From an uncultured Gemmatimonadales bacterium (lineage in GTDB: Bacteria; Gemmatimonadota; Gemmatimonadetes; Gemmatimonadales; GWC2-71-9): DNA of 64,000 bases. Below, in pieces: positions 40,394 to 53,193 of the stretch. Numbering within the stretch: position 1 is the first letter of the stretch; the number at the start of each line of letters is the position of its first letter. The stretch is from assembly GCA_963798915.1 (NCBI GenBank), contig CAWCVB010000002.1, positions 192,001 through 256,000 on the forward strand, read 5' to 3'. A program made the position numbers and the translations under genes. Below the pieces are notes generated by a model, which saw nothing but the letters and a program-made list of their open reading frames with translations, was not told where the DNA came from and made no database searches.

Positions 40394-43017
40394 CGCTTTT
40401 CCCCGTGCGGTGCGGCGCGTGTCACCAGCCAGATATTCGCCTCGATCTGCTGGGCGCCATAGTAGATCGTGCGACCATCGGGCGCCGCCGCGATGTCGCC
40501 GTACTGGTCGGGCGGATGGGGAAGTGTCACGGCGATTTCGTGCCGCTCGAGCGTCATGATGTCCTGGATCATCAGCGCTCCGCTCTTGGTGAAGTACACC
40601 ACCCGCCGAAAGCCTGGCAGCCACGCGAGGTCGTAGCCCCGTGCGTCGGTGCTCAGCTGGCGCAGGTGACCGGTCGCCACTTCAAACAGGGCGCTGCCCC
40701 GCAATTCGCCCGACGGCATCACGATGGCGCCAGTCAACCAGCGTCCATCGTGCGACCAGTAGCTGGGCTGGAGGCTCCCGCCCCCGATGTTGAGATCCTT
40801 GATCTCCGTGCCAGTCCTCTCGGTGATCGGCCATGGTGCTGATCCGATTGTGGCACCTCGCTGGACATGGCCAATCACCAGGCGCTGGCCGTCCGGGGCG
40901 AACATCGGGAAGTAGCCCCCAGTGGGGATATCGGTGAGGCGCGTCCGGCCGCTGCCGTCGAGCCGAATCGACCAGCCGTCGTACTTCCCGCCGGAATTGG
41001 AAAAGAACGTGACCGCCTCGTTGTCCGGGGTGAAGCGCGGAAACCAGTCGCGCGCATCATCGTCGGTGAGGCGCGTCAGGCCACTCCCGTCGGGATGCAT
41101 GATGAAGATGTCCTGCTGCCGGTCCGGTGAGTTGAACAGCGCGATCCACTTTCCGTCCGGTGACACGTCGGTCGGGGTGAGAATGCCGGTGCGATGCTGA
41201 AGCAGCGTCACGGCCCCGGCCTTGCCCGTGACCGGGTCGAATGCGATGGCGGCCGGGTTCACCGATTCGATCTTGGCGCGAAACACGAGTGACATGCCGT
41301 CCGTCGACAGATGCGGCAGGTCCATGGCAACATCGACTCCGGACACGACGGGTTCGGGATTGCCGGTGGCGCGCCCCGACGCTTCGTTCATGGGAATCCG
41401 CCAGATGCCCATGGCGCCGCCGCGATCGCTCCCGAAATAGAGATACTTCCCGTCCGGTGACCAGACCGGTGCCCAGTCGACCGCTACATCATTCGTCACC
41501 TTGACGCGTGCGCCGCCGGCCGCGGGAATTGTCTGAAGATCGCGTTGCCCGTTGCTGCTCGTCCAGAAGGCAATCCGCGCTCCCGATGGCGACCACGCGG
41601 GCTGATACGCGTCGCCGGCCCCCAGGGAATCCAGTTGCTGCGGCGCGCCGCCAGACACGTCGACCGTCCACAAGCCCCCCGAATTCGACGTACTGTACGG
41701 CGAGTTTACTTCTTCGGAGCCGAACACGATGCGCCGGCCGTCGGGCGACCACGCCGGATTGGCGCCGAACGTGGTCAGCCGCCGAGCCGACTCGCCCGTG
41801 GCGCCCACCACGAAGATGCCGCCGCCCTGCTGATTGTAGGCGATCTGCTTTCCGTCGGGCGAGTACGCGGGCCAGACCTCGTCGTGCGTCGAATCACCCG
41901 CCACCAGCACCGGATTGCGCCCGCCGACCCGCTGCACGAAGATGTCCCAGGTGCCACGCGCATTGCTTGCGTACGCGAACGATTCGCCATCCGGGGAGAG
42001 ACTGGGACTGGTTTCCACGCCCGAGGCGTCGGTGAGTTGCGTAAAGGCCGACCATCGCGCTTCCGGCGTGCGAGTCAGGTGACCGAGCCACCAGCCGCCG
42101 ATGGCGGCGAGTGCTGCGACCATCGCGATTCCAGCGACGGGAATCGAGAAGCGGCGCCTCGCGTCTCGCGTCTCGGGTCTCGCCTCTCTCCCTTCCTGTT
42201 GCAGCGCCTCCGCAAACTTCGCGGCACTGGCAAACCGGTCGGCCGGCAACTTGGCGAGCGCCGTGAGCACCGCCGCTTCAATGTGAGATGGAACGGTGTC
42301 GCGCACCGTGCTGATGGGAGAAGGCTTCTCGGTCAGCACCTTCGCCACGATCGCCTGCACGCTGGATCCGCTGAACGGCGGATCGCCGGCGAGCATTTCA
42401 TAGGTGACGGCGCCCAGCGCGTAGATGTCGCTCCGCGCGTCGATAGCGCGTTCACCCATCGCCTGTTCGGGCGACATGTATTGCGGGGTGCCAAGGGACA
42501 GGCCGGTCTGCGTCATCCGCTGGCCGCCGGCGGTTGCCACGGCGAGCGCGATACCGAAGTCGGCGACCAGCGCATGGCCGCCCTGCAGCAAGATGTTCTC
42601 GGGCTTGATGTCGCGATGGACAATGCCGATGGAATGGGCGCTTCCCAGGGCATCGGCGACTTCGCGGGCGATGAGCACTGCATCGCCAATCGGCAACTGA
42701 CGCTCGCGCTCGAGACGGGTGCGAAGCGTCTCGCCGGTAACGTACGGCATGACATAGTAGAGCAGCCCGTTGGCCTCGCCCGAGTCCAGCAGCGGCAGGA
42801 TGTGCGGATGCTGCAGCTTCGCGGTCGTCCTGATCTCGGTCAGGAAGCGCTCGCCACCAAGTGCGGCGCCGAGATCGGGATGCAGCACCTTGACGGCCAC
42901 CTGGCGGTCGTGCTTGATGTCGTGCGCCAGGTACACCGTCGCCATCCCGCCCGCACCCAGTTCCCGCTCGATGCGGTAGCGGTCAGCCAGGCTTGCCCTG
43001 AGGCGGTCCAGGGTCAT
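40390..43017 (-). CDS. K9: Ser/Thr kinase-TM-PD40 beta-propeller (regular WSPDG repeats)
   Basis: Intact kinase motifs; TM; QLT..SPSLSPDG, PAYSPDG, PAWSPDG, PVWSPDG. Confidence 0.95.
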   Translation of the reverse strand: MTLDRLRASLADRYRIERELGAGGMATVYLAHDIKHDRQVAVKVLHPDLGAALGGERFLTEIRTTAKLQHPHILPLLDSGEANGLLYYVMPYVTGETLRTRLERERQLPIGDAVLIAREVADALGSAHSIGIVHRDIKPENILLQGGHALVADFGIALAVATAGGQRMTQTGLSLGTPQYMSPEQAMGERAIDARSDIYALGAVTYEMLAGDPPFSGSSVQAIVAKVLTEKPSPISTVRDTVPSHIEAAVLTALAKLPADRFASAAKFAEALQQEGREARPETRDARRRFSIPVAGIAMVAALAAIGGWWLGHLTRTPEARWSAFTQLTDASGVETSPSLSPDGESFAYASNARGTWDIFVQRVGGRNPVLVAGDSTHDEVWPAYSPDGKQIAYNQQGGGIFVVGATGESARRLTTFGANPAWSPDGRRIVFGSEEVNSPYSTSNSGGLWTVDVSGGAPQQLDSLGAGDAYQPAWSPSGARIAFWTSSNGQRDLQTIPAAGGARVKVTNDVAVDWAPVWSPDGKYLYFGSDRGGAMGIWRIPMNEASGRATGNPEPVVSGVDVAMDLPHLSTDGMSLVFRAKIESVNPAAIAFDPVTGKAGAVTLLQHRTGILTPTDVSPDGKWIALFNSPDRQQDIFIMHPDGSGLTRLTDDDARDWFPRFTPDNEAVTFFSNSGGKYDGWSIRLDGSGRTRLTDIPTGGYFPMFAPDGQRLVIGHVQRGATIGSAPWPITERTGTEIKDLNIGGGSLQPSYWSHDGRWLTGAIVMPSGELRGSALFEVATGHLRQLSTDARGYDLAWLPGFRRVVYFTKSGALMIQDIMTLERHEIAVTLPHPPDQYGDIAAAPDGRTIYYGAQQIEANIWLVTRAAPHGEKR
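42157..42191. repeat. Heptamer tandem repeat (TCTCGCG-like x5) in the K9 kinase-TM linker
   Basis: cctcgcg tctcgcg tctcggg tctcgcc tctctcc. Confidence 0.7.
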
Positions 43018-43071
43018 CAGGTCAATCTCCGAGACGCGTGTGCCGAAGGGGCGGCGGCAAGACGGTCGAGC
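42990..43071. repeat. Degenerate 82-nt direct repeat, copy 1 (K9 leader and start)
   Basis: Colinear with 40277-40358; GCCCCT begins 35 nt before the ATG in both copies. Confidence 0.7.
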
Positions 43072-43076
43072 CTCAT
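43017..43076 (-). CDS. Bridging mini-ORF MRLDRLAAAPSAHASRRLT (19 aa), resembles a kinase start
   Basis: ATGA overlap with the K8 stop; TGATG overlap with the K9 start; MRLDRLAAA resembles MTPDRLTAA (K1) and MSMDRLTAA (K15). Confidence 0.45.
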   Translation of the reverse strand: MRLDRLAAAPSAHASRRLT

Positions 43077-45762
43077 CTGGCTCCGCCGCTTTCGGCCACC
43101 CGGCGCCGGAACTCCGTGATCCAGTTGGGCGAAACTACCAGCTGGTAGTCGTTCTGCTCGGGAATCGCCGTCAGGAAGCGCCGGCCATCGCGGGTCGGCT
43201 GATAGAGGGCCGAAAAGAACTGTGCATCGAGCCCGGCGCTGGGAAAGGAGGCCATGAGCGTGTCGCGGCCGAGCAATGTGATGACGGGCCTGGTCGCCAG
43301 GCGCGCCTCGACGAGCGCCGAACCGCTCAGATAGTAGAGCCGGGTGCCATCGGCCGACCACATCGGGGCCACGCCACCGCCGACGGAAACCTGGAGCTTG
43401 GTGGAAGGATCGGGATAGGACCGGAGATAGATCTCGTCCTGCCCCGACTCGTCATCCACCAGGGCAACCCATTTTCCGTCGGGAGAGAACTCCGGCGCGT
43501 GGAAGCTGGCGTGGGACACAAGGTAGTCGTGCACCGCCGGGGTCGAGTCCAGTATCAGGCGCTGCAGGCTCCATACGTCCCCGGGAATCACCGAGAGCAG
43601 CACCGAGCGGCCGTCCGGCGACATGACTGCCCCCCCGGCAGCGAAGGGCAGGTCGACGAGCTTCTCCGGCGCAACCCCGCCGGATGCCCGCTGTCGCCAC
43701 AGCGTGTTCCCGGTTTCGCCGGTCGAGAAATAGAGAACGTCGGATCCGTCCGGAGTCCACGAAACGGAGGTGACGGTATTGACCGTCGTCAGCCGGGAAA
43801 AGGTGCCCAGTGACAGGTCTTCGATCCAGATATCGCTCTGACCATGGTCGCCAGTCACCACGGCGATGCGGCGTTCATCGGGGGAAAGCCGCAGGGCTTG
43901 GTACTGGCCGGCCGACGGCCCCACGGCACGGGGCGGACCGCCCGGGGCCACCCACGAGATCCTGCCGGTCGCGCTCCCGATCGAGGTTATCAGCGCGCCA
44001 CCGCGGGAAATGTAGATCTCCGAATTCCCGTTCAGACCGGGCACAACCGGAACGGGGTCGTGCACCGGAATCGGTGATCCGACCACCTTTCCGGCCCCGG
44101 CGTCCAACCGGACCGACATGACGGCGCCGTCGGCCTTGAGGTACACCAGCCACCCGTCGAGGATTGCCAGGGGCCGGATTGCCTTGATGCCAAGCCGGGT
44201 GACCGCCCCGTCCTTGAGGGAGGCGACTGCCAGCTGGGCCGAGGCGAGGCCACCGAACCAGACGGTAAAGACCGCGTAGCTGCCGTCCGGGGTACTGAGC
44301 GGCCAGAGATGATTCCGCTCTCCCGTGGTGGTGTCCACCTGCGTCAGGGCGGCCGGCGTTCCGCCGGCAGCACTCACCCGGGATAGCCCGGCATATGACC
44401 CCCATGTTCCCAACAGAATCTCGTTGTTGACGGTCCAGTCGGCACCGTTGTACGCGCCGGCATCCGCGATTGTCACCGGCGCGCTGCCGTCGAGCCTGAC
44501 CTTGCGCTCCTTGCCCTGCACTTCGAACCCCACCCACTGCCCGTCGGGCGAGAAGTACGGCTGGGCCGCCCCGATGGTACCGGGAATCTCACGCGCCTCC
44601 AGTTGGTTGGTGCGCAAGAAGTACAGCCGGGTCGTAAGGGAGGCGCCGCCGGAGTTGACGGGGGAGACGCTGTAGACCACGGTGCCGCCGTCGGGCGAGG
44701 TGGCGGCGGGCCATGGGTAGCTGCGAACCGGCCTGGTGCTGTCGGTGGTGGTCAGCACGTACTTGATGGGTGGGACCACCAGGGGGACCGGCCGCGGCCG
44801 GAGCAGCATCGCCACACCACCGAGCGCCAGCACCGCGATCGCCGCCACCCCGATGAACAGCGGGTCCCGCAGGCGCGAGCGCCCGGTGGGAGCTGCAAGC
44901 CCACCGGCCGGCATTGCTCTGCTCGCGGCAGGTGCCAGCTCCGGCCGGTTCAGCGCATCGCTGAACTCCGCCGCGCTGGCGAAACGGTCGGCCGGCAGCT
45001 TCTCAAGCGCCGTCAGCACCGCCGTCTCCACATGCGCGGGGATGGTGTGCCGCTGCGGCAGCATCGGCCGGGGCGACTCCGTCACCACCTTGGCCACGAT
45101 CGCCTGCGCCGTGCTTCCGGTGAACGGCGGATCCCCCACCAGCATCTCGTAGGTCATCGCCCCCAGGGCGTAGACGTCCGAGCGCGCCGTGATCTCCCGC
45201 TCCCCCATCGCCTGCTCCGGGCTCATGTAATGCGGCGTCCCCAGGCTCATCCCCGTCTCCGTCATCCGGGTCCCGCCCGCACTGCTCACCGCCAGCGCGA
45301 TCCCGAAATCGGCCACCAGCGCGCTGCCGTCATGCAGCATCACGTTCTCGGGCTTGATGTCCCGGTGGATGATCCCGTGCCGGTGGGCATAGTCCAGCGC
45401 CCCCGCCACTTCCGTCGCGATCCGCACCGCGTCGGCCACCGGCAACTGCTTCTCCCGGTTGAGCCGGTCGCGCAGCGACTCGCCCTCGACGTAGGGCATG
45501 ACGAAGAAGGCGGTGCCGGTGACCTCGCCCGAGTCAATCAGCCCCAGTATGTGCGGATGCTGCAGCGCCGCGATGGTGCGAATCTCCCGCACGAACCGCT
45601 CGGCCCCAATCACCGCCGCCAGCTCCGGCCGCAGCACCTTGATGGCCACGTTGCGGCCATGCTTCAGGTCCTCGGCCAGGTAGACGGTGGCCATGCCGCC
45701 CTGCCCGAGCTCCCGCTCGATGCGGTAGCGGTCAGCCAGGGCGGTGCGGAGACGCTCGACCG

Positions 45763-45766
<4 letters not shown>
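43073..45766 (-). CDS. K8: Ser/Thr kinase-TM-beta-propeller
   Basis: GTG 45766 overlaps the K7 stop; intact kinase motifs, TM, SPDG repeats, VSPNW end. Confidence 0.94.
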
Positions 45767-48048
<2,282 letters not shown>

Positions 48049-48049
48049 C

Positions 48050-50469
48050 CTACGCGCCCGATCGGGAAATTGACGCGCCCGGCTTGAGTCCCAGCCGCCG
48101 CACCAGCGCCTGGTACCGCGGCTCGCCGTGGAGGGGCCGGAACCTGGGATCCACACTCACCAAGCACATCCACACATTGCCGGAGGCATAGCCGCGTTCG
48201 AGCCAGTCCAGTGCCTTGGAGCGTTCGCCCAGGGCGAGAAAGGCGGACGCCAGCCGGTACTCGTCCACGTAATGCGTCCTGCCGTAGGCAATCACGGTAG
48301 CCAGTTCGTGGCTGGCCTCGGCGGTGTCACCTGCGAGCGCGAGCGCCTGCGCCAGGACCATGCGATCGCGCATCCTGCCGGGCAACGCTTGCACCAGTGC
48401 GCGCTGCTCGCGCACCGCCTCCCCGTAGTCCCCGCGCGCCAGCAGGAGATCGGCGTAACACCGCGACCCGGCGCCCAGTTCGCGGCGCCGACGGCAATAT
48501 GTTTCGGCCTCATCGGCGCCGCCGGCACCAAGCGCGATCTGCGTCGCGTGTTCCAGCACCAGCGGGGAGAGCGGATCGAAGCGTACTGCGCGGGCAACAT
48601 GCGCGCGGGCGGAGTCGGGTTGTCCCAGGCCCCACAGCTGCCAGGCATAGCCAATGTTCGCCTCCGCGTTGGTCGAGTCGAGAGAGAGCGCGATGCGGAA
48701 TTCGCGCTCCCCTGCCACACAGTCATTCTGATACGAACTCAAGAAGGTCCCGATCAGGCCATATGATTCCGCCGACTGCGGATCGAGTGCCGCGGCGCGC
48801 CGCGCCGCTGGCAGCATGTGCTGCAGCGCCTCGTGGGGCGCCACATAGTCGTCCGCCAGCGCATACCATGCCCGGGCCAGTGCATTCCATGCGCCGGCGT
48901 AGCTGGAATCGAGGGCGATCGCCTGCTCCGCGAGCGCCACAGCATGGCGCACGGCGCTCTCGCTCCCCGCCCGATCGCTGAGATAGAGTGAGCGCAGCAC
49001 GAGATCGTGCGCCGGCACGCTGCGCGTGCCCGGTGTGGCCAGCTGCTTGACGGTGGCGGGGGAGAGCGCGATATCGAGCGCCTTGGTAATACCGGTCGCG
49101 ATCGAATCGTGGAGCGAGAAGATGCTGGATTCGTCCTGGTCGTAGCTCGCCGACCAGAGCACTGCGTCATGCGCTGGATCGTCCAGCGCGACCGTAATTC
49201 GTAGCCGGCCATTGGCTCGCCCGATGGTGCCCTCGACGATACCCGACACGCCGAGCAGCTTCGCCGCGTCGCGCGCCGTCCTGCCGCGCAAGGCGAACGC
49301 CGAGGAGCGAGGCACCACCGCGAGTCCCGGAATGCGGGCAAGCGCGGAGGTGAGATCGGTCGCCATGCCGTCGGCGAGGTAAGCGTTGGCGCTGTCGCCG
49401 CCAAGCGATTCGAAGGGCAGCACCGCGAGATGACGAGTCGCGCCAGACGATGAGGTCAGTGTGTCGCCCGGGGTGCGGCCCAGGGGGAGCAGCCGCCAGG
49501 CAAGGAGCCCCAGTGCCACCAGGGCCGCAGCCCCGACCGCCAGCCGCCAGGTCGGGCGGCGGCGACCATGGTCGCGCGGCAGTTGATCCAGCGCCGCGAC
49601 CAGCTCAGCCGCTGATTGCGGACGGTCCGCCGGAGGCTTGGCGAGGCAGCGCATCACCAGCGCGGCGAGGCCGGCCGGAATGGCGGCGCGGGCACGGGTG
49701 ACCGATTCCGGCGGGGTCGTCAGCTGCGCGGCGATCAGCCGCTGCGCAGTCAGCCCGGTAAACGGTGGCCGGCCGGTCAGCATTTCATACCCGACGACCC
49801 CGAACGAATAGATGTCGGCGCGCGCATCAACCTGAGGGTCGGCGGCGGCCTGCTCTGGCGCCATGTAGGCCGGGGTGCCGAGGGACACTCCAGCTGGGTC
49901 AGCGCCGTTCCGGCTCCCGTCGCACTCGCGGCACCACTCGCCGCCTGCGCGATCCCGAAGTCCATCACCATCGCATGGCCGTCGCTGATGAGGATGTTTT
50001 CAGGCTTGATATCGCGATGAACAATGCCGCTCTGGTGCGCCTTGGCCAGCGCATCGGCGACTTCACGCAGGAGCCGGACTGCCACGTCGATCGGGAGTGC
50101 ACCTTCCCTCGCCAGCTTGTCACGGAGCGACTCGCCAGCGATGTAGGGCATAACGTAGTAGAGAACGGTCGAGGGTCGAGCGTCGAGCGCGTGACCCTCG
50201 ACCATCGACCCTTGACCCTCGACGCTTCCCGAATCAAACAGCGGCAGAATATGCGGGTGCTGCAGCCGGGCAGTCACTTCGATTTCCCGCAGGAACCGCT
50301 CGGCGCCAAGCACCGCGGCGAGCTCGGGCTTGAGGACCTTGATCGCCACCTTCCGGTTGTGTCGCAGGTCCTGGGCGAGGTAGACCGTGGCCATGCCACC
50401 CTGGCCCAGCTCGCGCTCGATGCGGTAGCGATCTGTAAGAGCGGCTTCCAGACGAGACAGCTCGGCCAT
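48050..50469 (-). CDS. K6: Ser/Thr kinase-TM-TolB-like-TPR; apparent 1-nt deletion near 49890
   Basis: ATG 50469 after AAGGAG; restoring one G gives LTQLGVSLGTPAYMAPEQ, joining ORFs 49777-50469 and 48050-49888; LAVLPF, TPR. Confidence 0.9.
50167..50223. repeat. Palindromic heptamer repeat cassette inserted in frame in the K6 kinase domain
   Basis: ggtcgag ggtcgag cgtcgag cgcgt gaccctc gaccatc gaccctt gaccctc gac; the two arms are reverse complements. Confidence 0.8.
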
Positions 50470-50485
50470 ATCGTGCTCCTTGCCT

Positions 50486-50512
50486 GGCGGTACGGCGGTA
50501 CGGCGGTACGGC
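50486..50512. repeat. Octamer tandem repeat (GGCGGTAC)x3 plus a partial unit, just upstream of the K6 RBS
   Basis: ggcggtac ggcggtac ggcggtac ggc. Confidence 0.85.
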
Positions 50513-50523
50513 CCGAAGATGAC

Positions 50524-50558
50524 GTCATTGCGAGGCGGCGCCAGCCGCCGTGGAGTCT
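50524..50558. repeat. Possible REP-like half element with GC hairpin after K5
   Basis: GTCATTGCGA-GGCGGCgccaGCCGCC-GTGGAGTCT; resembles GTCATTGCGAG-type palindromic elements recalled from other bacteria. Confidence 0.4.
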
Positions 50559-53193
50559 ACGGCGTTGGCTGAGACTGCCTTCCCAGCAGCTGCTGCCAGT
50601 TGAGCAGCAGGGTTGCCGACGAGCTGCCTTCCACCCGCTGCCGCACCAGAAATTGCCGGCCGTCCGCGCCCGCATCGTACGTGGTGGTGGCCTGGGCGCC
50701 TCCGCGTTGGTCCGCGAAGAGGCGCGCACTCCAGCGCGGTGAGCGGAAGAGCGCCTCCGGGTTTCCGACCTGAAGGCCAGGATCGGCCCTCACCGGCACT
50801 TGCATGATCGAACCGTCCGGCCCCTGAAAGAACAACGCGCGCCCGTCGCGACGCCAGCGCGGCAGCCCTCCTCCCGCAACCGAGACTCTGGTGACGGCGC
50901 CGGTCCGCCGGAACGGGCGTAGGTAGACCTCCAGCTCGCCGGTTTCATCGGAGACGTAGGCCAACCATTTCCCGTCAGGGGATACAGCGCCTGCCGATGC
51001 GGTTCCGCTCACGGACACCAGCGGTTCCAGTTTGCCGGTTGCGGTGTTCAAGGTCCAGAGAGCGCCATGCGGTGCGTTGCTCGGGGCCGCCAGCAGGATG
51101 AGATACCGGCCATCGGAGGTCCAATCGGTGGGCACAAACAGGTTCCCTTCGCCGGTCTGGTCCACGAGCGTACTATCCTTTCCGGTTTCGAGGTTCACCA
51201 GGATCGTCTTCCCGGTCTTCCCGTCAATCGTGGCGATCAGGGAATCGCCAGGCGCCCAGACCGGAAACCAGAAGCTGCCGTTCGGCCGCACCGGAATGGT
51301 CGTATGACGGCCGAGATCATAGACCCAGAGACCGAAACCGGCGAGCGCGATGGCGGGTCTGCTCCATGCCTCCCGCAGGGTCCAGGTTCCTTGCAGGGAG
51401 ATGCTGTCTCGAATGGCACCCCTGGAATCGACGATCAGCGGCCCCTCATCCAGCCGTGCCGTCTGGAGATAGACCAGCCCGGTCCGGGCCACGGCATACG
51501 ATGGGACCAGGCCGGCGGTCCGGATTCCTCTCGCCAGAGTGACCGCTTCTTCTCCTCGCGGAACCGCGTGTTTCAGGTCGATGTGCTGCGCGACGATATC
51601 AGCCCCTGTGCGGCCCTGGCGGCTGTACACTGCCACCCCCGGGGAGAGCAATTGGACGAATTGCGCCCCGGTGAGAAAGGTGCGCGGAGTGGCCCCCTTG
51701 GCATCGCTCCACACCAGATCGCCCGAGGTGTTCCCCGCGAACCGGCGCCCGTCGGGAAACCAGGCCGGCCAGGAGAGGGTCCGGGAGGAATCCTGCCATG
51801 CGCCACCGACAGGAATACAGTCCCCGCCGGAGACGGGCACGAGCATGGGATGACCGAGGTGGGTGAAAATGATCGTACCCTGGCTGCTCCAGGACCCTCC
51901 CAGGTCGGCCGCCGGGCAGAGGACCCGGGACACGCGGCCGCCGAGATCGAAACGCATGAGCGACCCCCGGGCAAAGAATCCGATCGCCCGGCCATCGGGT
52001 GCCCAGAAGGGCGCCTCGGCGCCGGCGGTGCCGGAGAGGGAGTCCACCTGCCCGGACCGCAGATCGCGCAGCCAGAGCTTCCGCTCCCCGGCCGCACCCA
52101 GGCCGACGAAAGCGAGCCGGGTGCCATCGGGAGACAGGGCGGCAAAGTGGAACTCCGCGAACTCCACACCTCGCGGCGGTTCCAGCTCGACTTGGAATAC
52201 CGTCGCCCTGCTCTCGCGCGGGTGCAAGATCCAGGATGCCGCCGCGATTACCAGGGCAAGGCCGGCGAGAAGCCAGGGCAGGCTGCGGAACACCTGAGCA
52301 GGAATGGGCCGCCCCTTTCCCGCCACGGAGCCCGGCATCGCTCCCGTGGCTGTGGGCAAGCGGTAGCTGGACTCGCTCAGCGCCGCCGCGAATTCCGCCG
52401 CGCTGGCAAAGCGATCCGCCGGCAGCTTCTCCAGCGCCGTGAGTACCGCGGCTTCCACGTGCGGGGGAATCGTATGCCGCTGCGGCAGCATCGGCCGGGG
52501 CGTCTCCGTCACCACCTTCGCCACGATGGCCTGCGCCGTGCTCCCGGTGAAGGGCGGATCGCCCACCAGCATCTCGTAGGTCATCGCCCCCAGCGCGTAC
52601 ACGTCGCTCCGCGCCGTGATCTCCCGCTCCCCCATCGCCTGCTCGGGGCTCATGTAGTGCGGCGTCCCCAGGCTCATCCCCGTCTCGGTCATCCGGGTTC
52701 CGCCGCCGCTGCTCACCGCCAGCGCGATGCCGAAATCGGCCACCAGCGCGCTGCCGTCGTGCAGCATCACGTTCTCGGGTTTGATGTCGCGGTGGATCAC
52801 ACCGTGCCGGTGAGCATAGTCCAGCGCCGAGGCAACCTCGGTCGCGATCCGCACCGCGTCGGCGATCGGCAGCTGCTTCTCCCGCAGCAGCCGGTCGCGC
52901 AATGACTCCCCCTCGACGAACGGCATCACGTAGTACGCCGTCCCCTGCACCTCGCCCGAGTCAATCAGCCCCAGGATATGGGGATGCTGCAGCGCCGCGA
53001 TGGTGCGGATCTCCCGCACGAACCGCTCCGCCCCGATCACCGCCGCCAGCTCCGGCCGCAGCACCTTGATGGCCACCTTGCGGGCGTGCTTCAGGTCCTC
53101 GGCCAGGTAGACCGTGGCCATCCCGCCCGCACCGAGTTCGTGCTCGATGGTATAGCGGTCACCCAGGGCAGACTTGAGCGTGTCGAGGGTCAC
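50557..53193 (-). CDS. K5: Ser/Thr kinase-TM-beta-propeller
   Basis: GTG start overlapping the K4 stop; intact kinase motifs, TM, SPDG repeats, LLLNW end. Confidence 0.95.
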   Translation of the reverse strand: MTLDTLKSALGDRYTIEHELGAGGMATVYLAEDLKHARKVAIKVLRPELAAVIGAERFVREIRTIAALQHPHILGLIDSGEVQGTAYYVMPFVEGESLRDRLLREKQLPIADAVRIATEVASALDYAHRHGVIHRDIKPENVMLHDGSALVADFGIALAVSSGGGTRMTETGMSLGTPHYMSPEQAMGEREITARSDVYALGAMTYEMLVGDPPFTGSTAQAIVAKVVTETPRPMLPQRHTIPPHVEAAVLTALEKLPADRFASAAEFAAALSESSYRLPTATGAMPGSVAGKGRPIPAQVFRSLPWLLAGLALVIAAASWILHPRESRATVFQVELEPPRGVEFAEFHFAALSPDGTRLAFVGLGAAGERKLWLRDLRSGQVDSLSGTAGAEAPFWAPDGRAIGFFARGSLMRFDLGGRVSRVLCPAADLGGSWSSQGTIIFTHLGHPMLVPVSGGDCIPVGGAWQDSSRTLSWPAWFPDGRRFAGNTSGDLVWSDAKGATPRTFLTGAQFVQLLSPGVAVYSRQGRTGADIVAQHIDLKHAVPRGEEAVTLARGIRTAGLVPSYAVARTGLVYLQTARLDEGPLIVDSRGAIRDSISLQGTWTLREAWSRPAIALAGFGLWVYDLGRHTTIPVRPNGSFWFPVWAPGDSLIATIDGKTGKTILVNLETGKDSTLVDQTGEGNLFVPTDWTSDGRYLILLAAPSNAPHGALWTLNTATGKLEPLVSVSGTASAGAVSPDGKWLAYVSDETGELEVYLRPFRRTGAVTRVSVAGGGLPRWRRDGRALFFQGPDGSIMQVPVRADPGLQVGNPEALFRSPRWSARLFADQRGGAQATTTYDAGADGRQFLVRQRVEGSSSATLLLNWQQLLGRQSQPTP

